Below, piece after piece: positions 38,412-47,897 of a stretch of DNA of 64,000 nt. How positions within the stretch are numbered: the stretch's first letter is position 1; each line of letters starts with the position of its first letter. The DNA is taken from assembly GCA_044356295.1 (NCBI GenBank), contig JBIKWN010000005.1, positions 7,176 through 71,175 on the forward strand. Reading direction: 5' to 3'. The translations under genes and the position numbers were made by a program. This DNA is from Bdellovibrionota bacterium (lineage in GTDB: Bacteria > Bdellovibrionota_C > UBA2361 > JBIKWN01). Below the pieces are notes generated by a model that saw only the letters and a program-made list of their open reading frames with translations, was not told the DNA's origin and ran no database searches.

Positions 38412-39893
38412 ATGAATGCATACGACGACCTTCCTTACGCAAGTAAAATCAATAGAGCTCGCCATATTGATGCATTGGGTACAATGGCAAGGCTCTATGG
38501 ATATCTTCCGGCTGATCCGTTTGGAGCTCGAGTTTTAGAGATCGGTTGTTCTACTGGCGATGCTCTTTTCCCTTTAGCATTCGAATATCCACAAGCAACT
38601 TTTGTTGGCATTGACACATCGAGTAGCCAAATTAAAGAAGCACTAGAGCGAAAAAAATATTTTAAAGAGCATAAACTAGACAATCTTGAATTCATTCATG
38701 GCGATGTGACGGTTGAAGCGCTCAAAGGACGACGGTTTGATTATATTATCTGTCACGGTGTGCTCAGTTGGATCTCAAAGGAGGATAGAAGTGAGATTCT
38801 AAAAAGTATTCCATCACTCTTATCAGACAAAGGGGTATGTTTTCTAAGTTATAATTGTGCACCTGGTGGTTTATTGAGAAAAGCTATCTGGGATGGATTA
38901 AAGAAATTTGTAACTGCGCACAGTTCAGATCTAGTGGAAATAAGAAAAGCAATCACAGCATTTCAAGAAACAATTGAAATCGACTATGAAAAACCATACC
39001 AGTTATTTGTTTACCAAGAATTAGACAGAATTCTAAAAGAGCCAGATCAGTATTTAGTGCATGAAGTCTTTGCTCTACAAAATGAACCACTCTACTTTAA
39101 TCAACTTGTCGAGGATTTGTCAGGACACGCACTTAAAATTATTGGCGATGTGCGTCCTCACAGGACGGGATTACAACGATTTTTATCTGCTCACCTTGCT
39201 GCATCAAGTTATACAGCATTGTCGCAGTTACAAACTCATTTTAATTTCTCGGCTGAAAGTATCTCTGATTTCTGTTTTGGTACTCCTTTTCGTGAATCGT
39301 TGATTATGAAAAATCTGCAGGAAGGATCACCGCATTTATCGAAAGAATTATTTCATTCACTTTCTTTCTCTCATACTGGAATCGGTATAGATGAGAAAAG
39401 TTCATCAGTAGAAAAATTACTCCTCGATCACTATCCACATTTTCTTACATTTTCAGATTTAACTTCTTCAGATGCTAATGCATTGCATGGTCTTGATAAT
39501 GAAAAAGTATCAGCTGATCTGATGCACTGTTTTATTCAAGACAGAATAGTAGTTTCGTTTTACCCACCAGAGGTTTCTTCAAAAGTATATGCATTTCCAA
39601 AAACTTCACCTTGGATTCAGGACCAAGCATCTCGGCAAGAAATAGTTACCAATTTACAGTACCGATCTATTGAGCTTGATTCTCTGGCGAGGGGACTTCT
39701 TGCGCATTTAGATGGGAAAACTTCGAGAGAAGAGCTAGAAACTGTTGCTCATCAGATGGTCAAAAGTGGGGAGGGTGGTATTAAGGAAAATGGGCAATTG
39801 GTGGAGGATCCAATCCATGTCGCTTCTCTCATTCCAGAGCTCGTAGAATCAGCGCTTGAAACTTTAAAAAAAGCAGCAATGTTGCTTCCTTGA
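38412..39893 (+). CDS. Class I SAM-dependent methyltransferase with a roughly 250-aa C-terminal extension
   Basis: Motif I VLEIGCSTGDALFPLA; motif II/III region DYIICHGVLSW. It starts 6 nt after the rlmD-like stop. Confidence 0.65.
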   Translation: MNAYDDLPYASKINRARHIDALGTMARLYGYLPADPFGARVLEIGCSTGDALFPLAFEYPQATFVGIDTSSSQIKEALERKKYFKEHKLDNLEFIHGDVTVEALKGRRFDYIICHGVLSWISKEDRSEILKSIPSLLSDKGVCFLSYNCAPGGLLRKAIWDGLKKFVTAHSSDLVEIRKAITAFQETIEIDYEKPYQLFVYQELDRILKEPDQYLVHEVFALQNEPLYFNQLVEDLSGHALKIIGDVRPHRTGLQRFLSAHLAASSYTALSQLQTHFNFSAESISDFCFGTPFRESLIMKNLQEGSPHLSKELFHSLSFSHTGIGIDEKSSSVEKLLLDHYPHFLTFSDLTSSDANALHGLDNEKVSADLMHCFIQDRIVVSFYPPEVSSKVYAFPKTSPWIQDQASRQEIVTNLQYRSIELDSLARGLLAHLDGKTSREELETVAHQMVKSGEGGIKENGQLVEDPIHVASLIPELVESALETLKKAAMLLP

Positions 39894-39953
39894 ACGAATT
39901 TTAGCAGTAATAGAGTTCTTGCATAGTTATCCAAGAAGGCTATCATTACCTAG

Positions 39954-40400
39954 ATGAAAATTAAGGTAGCAATGCACCCACTTCTGCGACAGATTTTTTT
40001 ACTTTCTTTGCTACTCAGTATGAGTAGTGTTGTACATGCTGGACCTTCTCCAAAGGTAATGACTGGACTTTCATTTAATGAAGTCGTCAAAATTAAAGGA
40101 TTTCCAATCTCAACTGACACCCATGAAACAAGCAGAATTGTAGTTTGGAATTTTAAGCATGGCCCGATATATTTTAAGGACGGCAAAACTGTGCCTCGAC
40201 CCAAAAATTGGAATCAAGGTCAGATTAAGCCGAAACAAAATAGTAGTACTGTACTGAATAGACCTATTAGTAAAAAGAGCAACCTCAGTCAGACAGATGT
40301 TGATGAAATAATCTCTGCAATTCCTAATGATAAAGGTGGTCCTGCAAAACCGAACCAAGATGTAGCACCGGATTCGGATGCTGCTTCATCGTCCAATTAA
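39954..40400 (+). CDS. Small secreted hypothetical protein
   Basis: Signal peptide LLRQIFLLSLLLSMSSVVHA, and a Lys/Pro-rich mature part. Confidence 0.45.
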   Translation: MKIKVAMHPLLRQIFLLSLLLSMSSVVHAGPSPKVMTGLSFNEVVKIKGFPISTDTHETSRIVVWNFKHGPIYFKDGKTVPRPKNWNQGQIKPKQNSSTVLNRPISKKSNLSQTDVDEIISAIPNDKGGPAKPNQDVAPDSDAASSSN

Positions 40401-40408
40401 AAATCAAA

Positions 40409-41518
40409 ATGAATGCAGCAATTGAAACGATTAGTATTGATTGTACGCAAACTAAAAAAGGTAGTTATTCAGTAGCTATTGGTGAAGCGGTACTTGATGG
40501 ATTAAAAAAACTTATTCTAGAGAATAAATACTCCTCTGTTGTTGCTTTTTTTGACCCAAATGTTGTTCGTCATCCTCACTCTGAATCAATCCGTTCGATG
40601 GTTCAAAGCAGTGTCATACTTCCTCATTTTGGTGAAGCAATTAAAAACTTTGAATCATTACAGTGGATAATTCAGCAGTGCATGCAACATCGACTTGATC
40701 GTAAAAGCGCAGTCATTGCAGTGGGTGGTGGAGCAGTCGGAGATGCAGTTTCGTTTGCGGCTTCTCTTTATATGCGCGGTATTGCTGTCATCCAGATTCC
40801 TACAACGCTTCTTTCTATGGTGGATAGTAGCGTTGGTGGAAAAACTGCGATTAATGTTGGGCCGGTAAAAAATTTAATTGGTTCTTTTCAACATCCTGAA
40901 GCAGTATTTATTGAGCCTGGATTCTTGAGCTCGTTACCAGAGCGAGAATTTCTATCCGGTACTGCTGAAATTATAAAGCATGCATTTATTCGAGATGCTG
41001 AACTGATTCCGCTTCTTTTGGATCAACGATTAAAGGAGTCTGATAGTAGTACCCTGACATCAATTATTTCTCGTTCAGTTAAGACAAAAAAAGAGATCGT
41101 GCAAGAAGACCCAACAGAAGAGCACATTCGAAAGATTTTAAATTTTGGACACACTGTTGGTCATGCCCTTGAGCGCTGTTCACATGAAACAACAACACCT
41201 CTTTTACATGGTGAGGCTGTATTTCAGGGAATGTTACTGGAGTCTCTTATTGCTTCTAAGTTAAAGAAAGAGGTTCGGGATGTTTTTGAGGAACTTGTTC
41301 GATTGTATCGTTTTCAAGGGGTTTCAACTGAGATAAATGAATTGAATGAAGATAAGCTCATTAATGCTATGCTACTGGATAAGAAGAATCACAGTGGAAA
41401 ACTTCGTTTTTCTTTGTGTTTTCAAAAAGGTCATTGTGAGTATGACCAAGAGGTTTCGCGAGACCTTGTTTTGGATGTCTACCGAGAAGCCTTACAGGAT
41501 CGTACGCTGCTTTTCTGA
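40409..41518 (+). CDS. aroB: 3-dehydroquinate synthase
   Basis: NAD-binding GGGAVGD motif; metal-binding His residues (HTVGHALE, HGEAV); DHQS fold layout. Confidence 0.85.
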   Translation: MNAAIETISIDCTQTKKGSYSVAIGEAVLDGLKKLILENKYSSVVAFFDPNVVRHPHSESIRSMVQSSVILPHFGEAIKNFESLQWIIQQCMQHRLDRKSAVIAVGGGAVGDAVSFAASLYMRGIAVIQIPTTLLSMVDSSVGGKTAINVGPVKNLIGSFQHPEAVFIEPGFLSSLPEREFLSGTAEIIKHAFIRDAELIPLLLDQRLKESDSSTLTSIISRSVKTKKEIVQEDPTEEHIRKILNFGHTVGHALERCSHETTTPLLHGEAVFQGMLLESLIASKLKKEVRDVFEELVRLYRFQGVSTEINELNEDKLINAMLLDKKNHSGKLRFSLCFQKGHCEYDQEVSRDLVLDVYREALQDRTLLF

Positions 41519-41538
41519 AATTTAGTTAAGAGTTCCTT

Positions 41539-42210
41539 ATGACGTTTAAAATTTGTATCCCGTTTTTTGATTGTTCCTTGAAAGGAATTGATGAGCAAAG
41601 TATTCAAGAAGCCGATATGCTCGAACTCTATATCGATTCGCTTCATGCAGATACAGAAGAACTTGTATCATTTGCTCAAAGTGTCCTCCAACAAGACAAA
41701 CAAATAATTATTACTTTAAGGCGACCACAGTTTGCTGAACAGAAAAATACATTTACTCAAAGAATAGAGCTGCTAAAAAAATTTATTACTCTGCCTGTTT
41801 TGTTTGATCTAGATATCTATAAAGAAAAAGAAGAGATACTTTTTCTTGTTGAACAAGGAGTGAGTTCTCAGTTAATTGCGTCCTATCATCATTATGCATC
41901 TACTCCTAGCAGTGAAGAACTTTCAGTTATTCGAAAAGAGGCTTTGCAGTATTCACCAGGATTTATTAAGTTTTCAACTATTGTTCATACCGAGCAAGAG
42001 ATGCACCGCCTCGTCTCGTTGTCGTTGGAATGTGTAACTTCTTCAATGCCATGGATAGTTAGCCCTATGGGACGATTCGGAAAGCAAGGAAGAATCATTA
42101 CTGGGCTTTTAGGTTCAGCATGGACGTATGCTAAAAGTGGTTCATCCACAGCAGAAGGACAGCTTGGATTAGAAGACTGTGCATCAATTCGTGCTTTGTT
42201 AAGTCGTTAA
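41539..42210 (+). CDS. aroD: Type I 3-dehydroquinate dehydratase
   Basis: It aligns block by block, by eye, with E. coli AroD: KICIPF/LELYIDSL, IITLRRPQFAE, LFDLDI, LIASYHHYASTPSSEEL, GFIKFSTIVHTEQEM, PWIVSPMGRFGKQGRIITGLLGSAWTYA. It sits adjacent to aroB. Confidence 0.75.
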   Translation: MTFKICIPFFDCSLKGIDEQSIQEADMLELYIDSLHADTEELVSFAQSVLQQDKQIIITLRRPQFAEQKNTFTQRIELLKKFITLPVLFDLDIYKEKEEILFLVEQGVSSQLIASYHHYASTPSSEELSVIRKEALQYSPGFIKFSTIVHTEQEMHRLVSLSLECVTSSMPWIVSPMGRFGKQGRIITGLLGSAWTYAKSGSSTAEGQLGLEDCASIRALLSR

Positions 42211-42217
42211 TCGAGCT

Positions 42218-44938
42218 ATGACTAGTTCTCTTTCGGGTTCGATATCATTTCAAAATAATCAATTTGAAATTCGGTTTCGATATAATACTGATATCTTCAA
42301 AAAACTTACTGCTCTTGATGGTGTTTCGTATGATAAAGAAAGAAAGTGTTGGCTTAGTCCACTTCGAATCGCTCCACTGATATTTTCGCAAAAGCAGTTT
42401 TCAAAACAATACTTTCGGTATGATTTTGATGAAGCAGAGATTGCAAAAAAAATTGAAACACTTCAAAAAGATATCGAATTAGCCCGAGTTCGAGCACTTG
42501 CCGATCCATTTTGTGTTCGAAAGATTGATATAGAGCTACTTTCATTTGACGTTATTGCTCGAGAAACTGATGTTGAACGGGGATGGATAGAGCTTGGTAT
42601 TTCAAAATCAAGAAGAGCTAAAAAAATTCTTTCAGAGGCACGTGGTGTTTTTGCAATTGGAAAGAAAAAAAAGTTTCTAACCAATGCTTCAGTTTTTCCA
42701 GAACTTTTAAAGATTTTTCGGGAGCAGCAGTTATCTTTTGCAGTAGAAGAAGAGTTATCGCTTAAGTTGAAATCCACCAGTTCACTCCGAAGTGAAACTA
42801 TACGAACTGGGATTGGTGCTTCAAGAAAAGATCTTGAATGCAGTTTTTTGTTACCTTATTGGGATATCAGTACACCAGGAAATAAGACAGTAGATGGAGT
42901 AGGTTTTTTTACAGAGCTTCGAAATAAAATTATTCCATCTAAAAAAGGACAACGTTTAACCAAAGTTGATCCCACTACTTCATTACAAACACTATATAAG
43001 GGAAAACTTTTTGGAATTCCTATTTTTCAAACTAATGATGCTTCAAAATTAACCGCGAAAGTTTTAGAAGAGTTCCAAAGGGATTACCAAAACGACCAAA
43101 CCCAGTTTGCTGATGAATTATTACTGTCTTTACCGTTTCCGTACTGTTGGCGTGTTGATGAAGTTGGAAAGGGTGGTTTGCATATTTCAAATCAAGCGAG
43201 CTCGATTCTGCAAGAAAATGAGTTTTCTCATGTCATTAAAGAATTTGATATACTCGTTAAGAAAATTGGGAATTTTGGGTTTTTTCTTGAGCCCAAAAGT
43301 CATCAATTACCGCATTTTATAGAGGTAGTTAAAGTCTATTTTAAAGATCTACAAAAAAAAGAAATCCCGCGATCAATACAATTTATTGCGACACTAAAAA
43401 TTCTTTTAGAACGCGCATCTAGAATTGCAGCGCAGAATAAATATCAAACATTAAAAGATACCGACTTATCACTTGTGAGTGATTCAAATTTTGCCACAAG
43501 GCTGTATCCGCACCAGCGAGTTGCCGTTAGATGGATTTTAGAAAACGAATCTGGGATGTTGGGGGACGATATGGGGTTGGGAAAGACACTCTCAGTCCTT
43601 ACTGCATTTAATGAATCCCTTTCTACTAAAAAAACCGATTTTTTATTGGTGATATGTCCAAATTCATTAGTTCGAACTTGGCTTCGTGAAGCGCAGCAGT
43701 GGTTTCCATCTTTATCATTACGATCTCTTCCAGATTCGAAAAAAGAGCGTGAAGGTTTTCTAGAGAGTCTCATTGAAAACCGTCAAGAAAGCCTTGATGG
43801 ATTAGTAGTAAACTTTGAAGCAATGCGAATTGAAACAGTTCGAGCTGCTTTGGAAGCAGTATCTAAGTTTCGAACAGTTTTTCTTACCATTGATGAATCA
43901 CAAAGAATTAAGAATCCTCAATCGAAAACATTTCAGGCATTAAAATCATTTGCACTCAATGCCAAAAAGCGGTTTCTCTTGAGCGGAACACCAACGCCAC
44001 GTGATGTTGCTGACCTGTGGGGGCAAGTGTTTATTATCGATAAAGGTGAGCGGTTTGGATCAAGTTTTACAGCTTGGTTAAAAACTGTTGCAGAATTAGG
44101 CACAAAATGGAGTGAATTTGCTGTTAAACGATTTATTCCTTCTGCGGTTGAAGAAGTATCCGCTCGTACGCAAGAAATCTTGCTTCGAAGGAAAAAAGAA
44201 GATGTTGTTTCGCTTCCTGAGAAAGTTTTTATTTTTCGAGATGTCGATATTATTGGTGACCAGAAAAAACGTTTTGATCAGATACGTGAAGAGTTGTTGA
44301 TTCAAGTTGGTAGCATTCAAGGTAGAGAGAAAATTAAAACAATTGAAAGCATCCTTGAAGAATACCTAAGAGCTGTTCAAGTTTGCTCGAATCCGAGGCT
44401 TATCGACCCAACGTGGGTTGGGGAACCAGCTAAATTTAAAGAGCTTGATGATATTGTTGAAAATATAGTTAAAGAAAAAAATGAGAAGTTAGTGATCTGG
44501 ACTAACTATCTTTTAAATATTCATGAACTGTGTGAGCGCTATAAAGAATTCGGAGCTCTGCCGTTTAGCGGTGAGGTTCACCCGAGTGAGCGCCAGCAGA
44601 CTATTAATGAATTTCAAAAAGTGAGCTCGAAAAATAAAATTTTGGTAGCGATACCTGCTGCGGGTGGAGTGGGGATTACTTTAACCGCGGCGCAAACCTG
44701 TGTGTATGTTGATAGAACTTGGAACGCTGAGCATTGGCTTCAGTCTATTGATAGAGTCCACCGAATTGGTCAAACAGGAACTGTCACTGTAATTGTTCTT
44801 AATGGTTCTAAAGTGGATGAGCTTATTGGGTATAATCTATATAAAAAGAAAAAACAGATGGATCAGTTGCTTCAGGGTGATGCTGCTTATGAGGAGTTTT
44901 TGCCGAGCGTTCAAGATTTATTGGATGCGCTTCGGTGA
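42218..44938 (+). CDS. Snf2/SWI2-family helicase-like ATPase with an unrecognised roughly 420-aa N-terminal region
   Basis: SNF2_N motifs (LYPHQRVAVRWIL, DDMGLGKTLSVL, TIDESQRIKN); helicase C motifs (ILVAIPAAGGVGITLTAAQT, DRVHRIGQTGTVTV). Confidence 0.85.
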   Translation: MTSSLSGSISFQNNQFEIRFRYNTDIFKKLTALDGVSYDKERKCWLSPLRIAPLIFSQKQFSKQYFRYDFDEAEIAKKIETLQKDIELARVRALADPFCVRKIDIELLSFDVIARETDVERGWIELGISKSRRAKKILSEARGVFAIGKKKKFLTNASVFPELLKIFREQQLSFAVEEELSLKLKSTSSLRSETIRTGIGASRKDLECSFLLPYWDISTPGNKTVDGVGFFTELRNKIIPSKKGQRLTKVDPTTSLQTLYKGKLFGIPIFQTNDASKLTAKVLEEFQRDYQNDQTQFADELLLSLPFPYCWRVDEVGKGGLHISNQASSILQENEFSHVIKEFDILVKKIGNFGFFLEPKSHQLPHFIEVVKVYFKDLQKKEIPRSIQFIATLKILLERASRIAAQNKYQTLKDTDLSLVSDSNFATRLYPHQRVAVRWILENESGMLGDDMGLGKTLSVLTAFNESLSTKKTDFLLVICPNSLVRTWLREAQQWFPSLSLRSLPDSKKEREGFLESLIENRQESLDGLVVNFEAMRIETVRAALEAVSKFRTVFLTIDESQRIKNPQSKTFQALKSFALNAKKRFLLSGTPTPRDVADLWGQVFIIDKGERFGSSFTAWLKTVAELGTKWSEFAVKRFIPSAVEEVSARTQEILLRRKKEDVVSLPEKVFIFRDVDIIGDQKKRFDQIREELLIQVGSIQGREKIKTIESILEEYLRAVQVCSNPRLIDPTWVGEPAKFKELDDIVENIVKEKNEKLVIWTNYLLNIHELCERYKEFGALPFSGEVHPSERQQTINEFQKVSSKNKILVAIPAAGGVGITLTAAQTCVYVDRTWNAEHWLQSIDRVHRIGQTGTVTVIVLNGSKVDELIGYNLYKKKKQMDQLLQGDAAYEEFLPSVQDLLDALR

Positions 44939-44972
44939 GATTGGTTTGTGATAGTGGTATGCTATTAAGTGA

Positions 44973-45059
44973 TTTTTTGTAACGCGAAGGTCGCGAAGTA
45001 CGCGAAGGAATTAAATGTAATCCTTCGCGTACTTCGCGACCTTCGCGTTACAAAAAAAA
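44973..45059. repeat. About 85-bp near-perfect palindromic repeat element, copy 1
   Basis: TTTTTT-gtaacgcgaaggtcgcgaagtacgcgaaggaatta-aatgt-aatccttcgcgtacttcgcgaccttcgcgttac-AAAAAAAA. The arms differ by a single unpaired base. It occupies the 120-bp gap between the convergent Snf2 gene and the CitE-like gene. Near-identical copies lie at 51463-51549 and 53714-53800. Confidence 0.9.
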
Positions 45060-45061
45060 TA

Positions 45062-46009
45062 CTACCCAACCCGCTTCAAAACATTCCAGTAATACCGAAA
45101 TGAAGCCCGATCATGAAGTCTATCTTTATAAGAAATAGGTGCCCATTGAGCATTCTTAGCAAGAGTGAGGATCTCTTTAGCAGTATCTACTTCCTCAGCG
45201 CTTGGAGACATTGCGTTTAGTATAGGTTGAATCTGATTTGGATGAATACTCCACATACGAAGGAATCCAAAATGATGTCTTGCTCGAAGTGCGTCATCAT
45301 ATGCAGAGTCTGGATTTTTATAATCTACGGTAACATTGTGAGCAGGGATAATATTATTTCCAAGGCACGCCGCAACAAGACGGCTTTTTGCCCTCATCAG
45401 GATTGGATGCTCGAACTGTTCAGGACTTTGAAAACATTTATCTGATAATGCACCGTGATGGAATGAAACAAAATCCATACAACCAAAATCTAAACCTCTA
45501 AGGAGCGGAAGCGAAGCAATCTGCCATACTTCTTCGACAGCTTTTGGTGTTTCGATAAGAAAATGAATCGGTGGAATTGATACTTTACTCGTATCGCATT
45601 CTTTTTTGTAAGTATCGATAACAGTATCAATAACTTTCTGTCCTTGTTCAAAAGACAAAATTTTTGGAATTGTAAGATGAGAGATAATACCAAAAAGATT
45701 TTTTGCTACAAAATTTAGGTCATCACTAAAATGAGAAGATAGGGGATCATGAATTCTAACCCCAATTTTTTTATAAACATTTTCAGAAGAAGAAATAATG
45801 TTTAAAAAAAGTTGTCTCAACGCAGTTTCTTGTCCTACTGAAGCTCCATCTTCAAGATCACAGGTAATATCGAAACTACCTTTGAAGATCTTTTGCGTTT
45901 CAATACTTTTTAAAATTAATTTTTCATGACCTGCATAATGATCACATGCAGAGCATGAAGGAAGTGGTTTTTCATTTGGAAAAAGTATTGAATCAAGATT
46001 TTCAAACAT
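45062..46009 (-). CDS. HpcH/HpaI aldolase / citrate lyase beta-subunit (CitE)-like protein
   Basis: The C-terminal FGFLRMWSIHPNQIQPI matches the CitE/malyl-CoA-lyase WxIHPxQ motif; the rest of the fold is not independently verified. Confidence 0.55.
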   Translation of the reverse strand: MFENLDSILFPNEKPLPSCSACDHYAGHEKLILKSIETQKIFKGSFDITCDLEDGASVGQETALRQLFLNIISSSENVYKKIGVRIHDPLSSHFSDDLNFVAKNLFGIISHLTIPKILSFEQGQKVIDTVIDTYKKECDTSKVSIPPIHFLIETPKAVEEVWQIASLPLLRGLDFGCMDFVSFHHGALSDKCFQSPEQFEHPILMRAKSRLVAACLGNNIIPAHNVTVDYKNPDSAYDDALRARHHFGFLRMWSIHPNQIQPILNAMSPSAEEVDTAKEILTLAKNAQWAPISYKDRLHDRASFRYYWNVLKRVG

Positions 46010-46025
46010 ATGTAGTAACTTACTG

Positions 46026-46463
46026 TTAACTGTGACGATAAATACTCAACGGATTAAAATTTTTATCGTGAGCTATTCGTAAAGAGCAAAGTTGTCCGAC
46101 GTGGTAGCTTTCGTGTAAGACAATATAATCTGACAACAGCTTTAAAGAATTGACGTTCTTTGATTCCAAAGCATTGGAAATCGTTTTGGATCTTTGGTGT
46201 TGATATTCTGTGAACAAGGATTGAAAAGTGCCTTGTTTGTTCAGATAACTTCCCCATTCGTGAGTTTCGGAATTTAACTGCTTCTCAATGGCTTCAAACA
46301 GCTCTAGGAAATGAGCCAAGGTGAGTCTAGGACTCATCAGGTCAGGCGAGAGGGTCGCTTCATAAAGATTTTCAGGCAGACCTTCAAAGACTTTTTCGAC
46401 CTGAAAACCAACTATTTCTAGCTGATATTGTATAAGTTCTATTGAGCCCATATGAGATGCCAA
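46026..46463 (-). CDS. DinB/YfiT-like hypothetical protein
   Basis: 145-aa helical protein with HxxxH/HESYHVGQ features like the DinB_2 family. This is a weak call. Confidence 0.35.
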   Translation of the reverse strand: MASHMGSIELIQYQLEIVGFQVEKVFEGLPENLYEATLSPDLMSPRLTLAHFLELFEAIEKQLNSETHEWGSYLNKQGTFQSLFTEYQHQRSKTISNALESKNVNSLKLLSDYIVLHESYHVGQLCSLRIAHDKNFNPLSIYRHS

Positions 46464-46552
46464 ATACTAGCCGAAATTCCAAGTTCCGTCAGCTTGAATT
46501 AATTTAGCCCTTCCGGTATTCTTCTTATCCGCTTGTTTTGCAAGCACTGTAT

Positions 46553-46629
<77 letters not shown>

Positions 46630-46692
46630 TTCGACATCGCCGCCATTAGCGGCTTGCTCATGGCAAGTCATTCTTCGGCGAGGAGAATGGCG

Positions 46693-46713
46693 CCCTGAGC
46701 CCTGAGCCCTGAG
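46693..46713. repeat. Tandem heptamer (CCCTGAG)x3 inside a GC-rich 110-nt patch immediately 3' of tRNA-Asp
   Basis: cgccctgagccctgagccctgagcg, followed by aagggagtcgaagggaggg (AAGGGAG x2). The local GC is far above the window average. Confidence 0.8.
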
Positions 46714-46863
46714 CGACCAAAGGGAGTCGAAGGGAGGGCTGGTTTCATGCTGTCAGCCATTTTGAATCAGCTCAGTATTATTTGTCTCCCGATACCAGAC
46801 ACAATCAAAACATATATTTGTTTACTATACTGAATTGTATTAGCCTATTTTAAGGCAGTCTCA

Positions 46864-47802
46864 GTGATAAAAGTAGTTGATAATAGTTGCGATCTTTCGG
46901 ATTTGTATGGTCCCGACATTGGTTTTGCATGTGCACATCCTGAAATGACAGGCCTTGTCCCATATCCTAGTAAAACTTCTGAAACATCTGAAAACCAACC
47001 TGGAATTCTTTTCGAACCAAAGATTGAAGTACGTCGCTGTTTAATGATAGGCGATTCATTTAACAGAATTGCTTCAGAACCTGGATGTATCGATAGATAT
47101 CTGCATCACCGGTTTCAGATTGAGGGAACAGACTTTGATCAATTAGCGTTAGCCCTTGCCGGTGATCATCAAAGATCTCCATTCAATAATAAGAATCTCG
47201 CTGAAATTATTTCGCCCTTATCTCAAATTTCTGCAGAGGGTCAGGGTTGGATAAAAAATCAAGCAGGGTTTCGAAATGCAGTAGGAAGATCTTACTGTGT
47301 TAAACAATTGAGTAAAGTATGTGGGGATTTAGATTCAGAAATTCAAGAATATTGTAATGCACTATCTACAGTTGCAAATGAAAATGATTTTTTAATGATT
47401 CTTATTGATGGATCAAGACTTTCAAATCAATCGCAAGCAGTAAATCCTCGGCCAATCAGAAACTATCAACAGTTGTTAGCAAATTTAAATGCAATTCCAG
47501 GATGGAAGTGTATTTTCGATCTGTCCCTAGAGTGTGGCAATTTAGCAAATGCTCACATGGAAGATATTGCAAAAAAATCAATCGAGATGGACCGCACTGC
47601 AGTGCTAACGAGTGTTGCCTATCAACAAGAGCCAACATCAATGCATACACAAACTATATGGGACTACCTTGTGAATACAATTTTATTTGGAAGGAGCCTA
47701 AAAGAGATTCGTTTAGCTCCATTAATTAGTGAAAATGCAGCCTCACCCAAAGCAGTGCCACTTATTCCACAGATACGTTCGAATTACTCTGTCGCGTTGT
47801 GA
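46864..47802 (+). CDS. Hypothetical protein (possible GDSx-type hydrolase)
   Basis: 312-aa ORF. The only motif-like feature is LMIGDSFNRIA (GDS-x block) near residue 60. The stop codon runs directly into a copy of the 22-bp motif. Confidence 0.4.
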   Translation: MIKVVDNSCDLSDLYGPDIGFACAHPEMTGLVPYPSKTSETSENQPGILFEPKIEVRRCLMIGDSFNRIASEPGCIDRYLHHRFQIEGTDFDQLALALAGDHQRSPFNNKNLAEIISPLSQISAEGQGWIKNQAGFRNAVGRSYCVKQLSKVCGDLDSEIQEYCNALSTVANENDFLMILIDGSRLSNQSQAVNPRPIRNYQQLLANLNAIPGWKCIFDLSLECGNLANAHMEDIAKKSIEMDRTAVLTSVAYQQEPTSMHTQTIWDYLVNTILFGRSLKEIRLAPLISENAASPKAVPLIPQIRSNYSVAL

Positions 47803-47897
47803 TAGGGGATGCTCACCTTTATTAATGCATTGAATTTGTTCAAATTTAATTTTAATTGTGCTTAAATTTAAAAATATATATATATATAATCATATAT

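Noticed and set aside
42218-44938. Whether the Snf2 protein could be RapA (HepA)
   Set aside because: RapA has its ATPase core in the middle with about 300 aa C-terminal to it. This protein has the core at the extreme C-terminus preceded by 420 unrelated residues.
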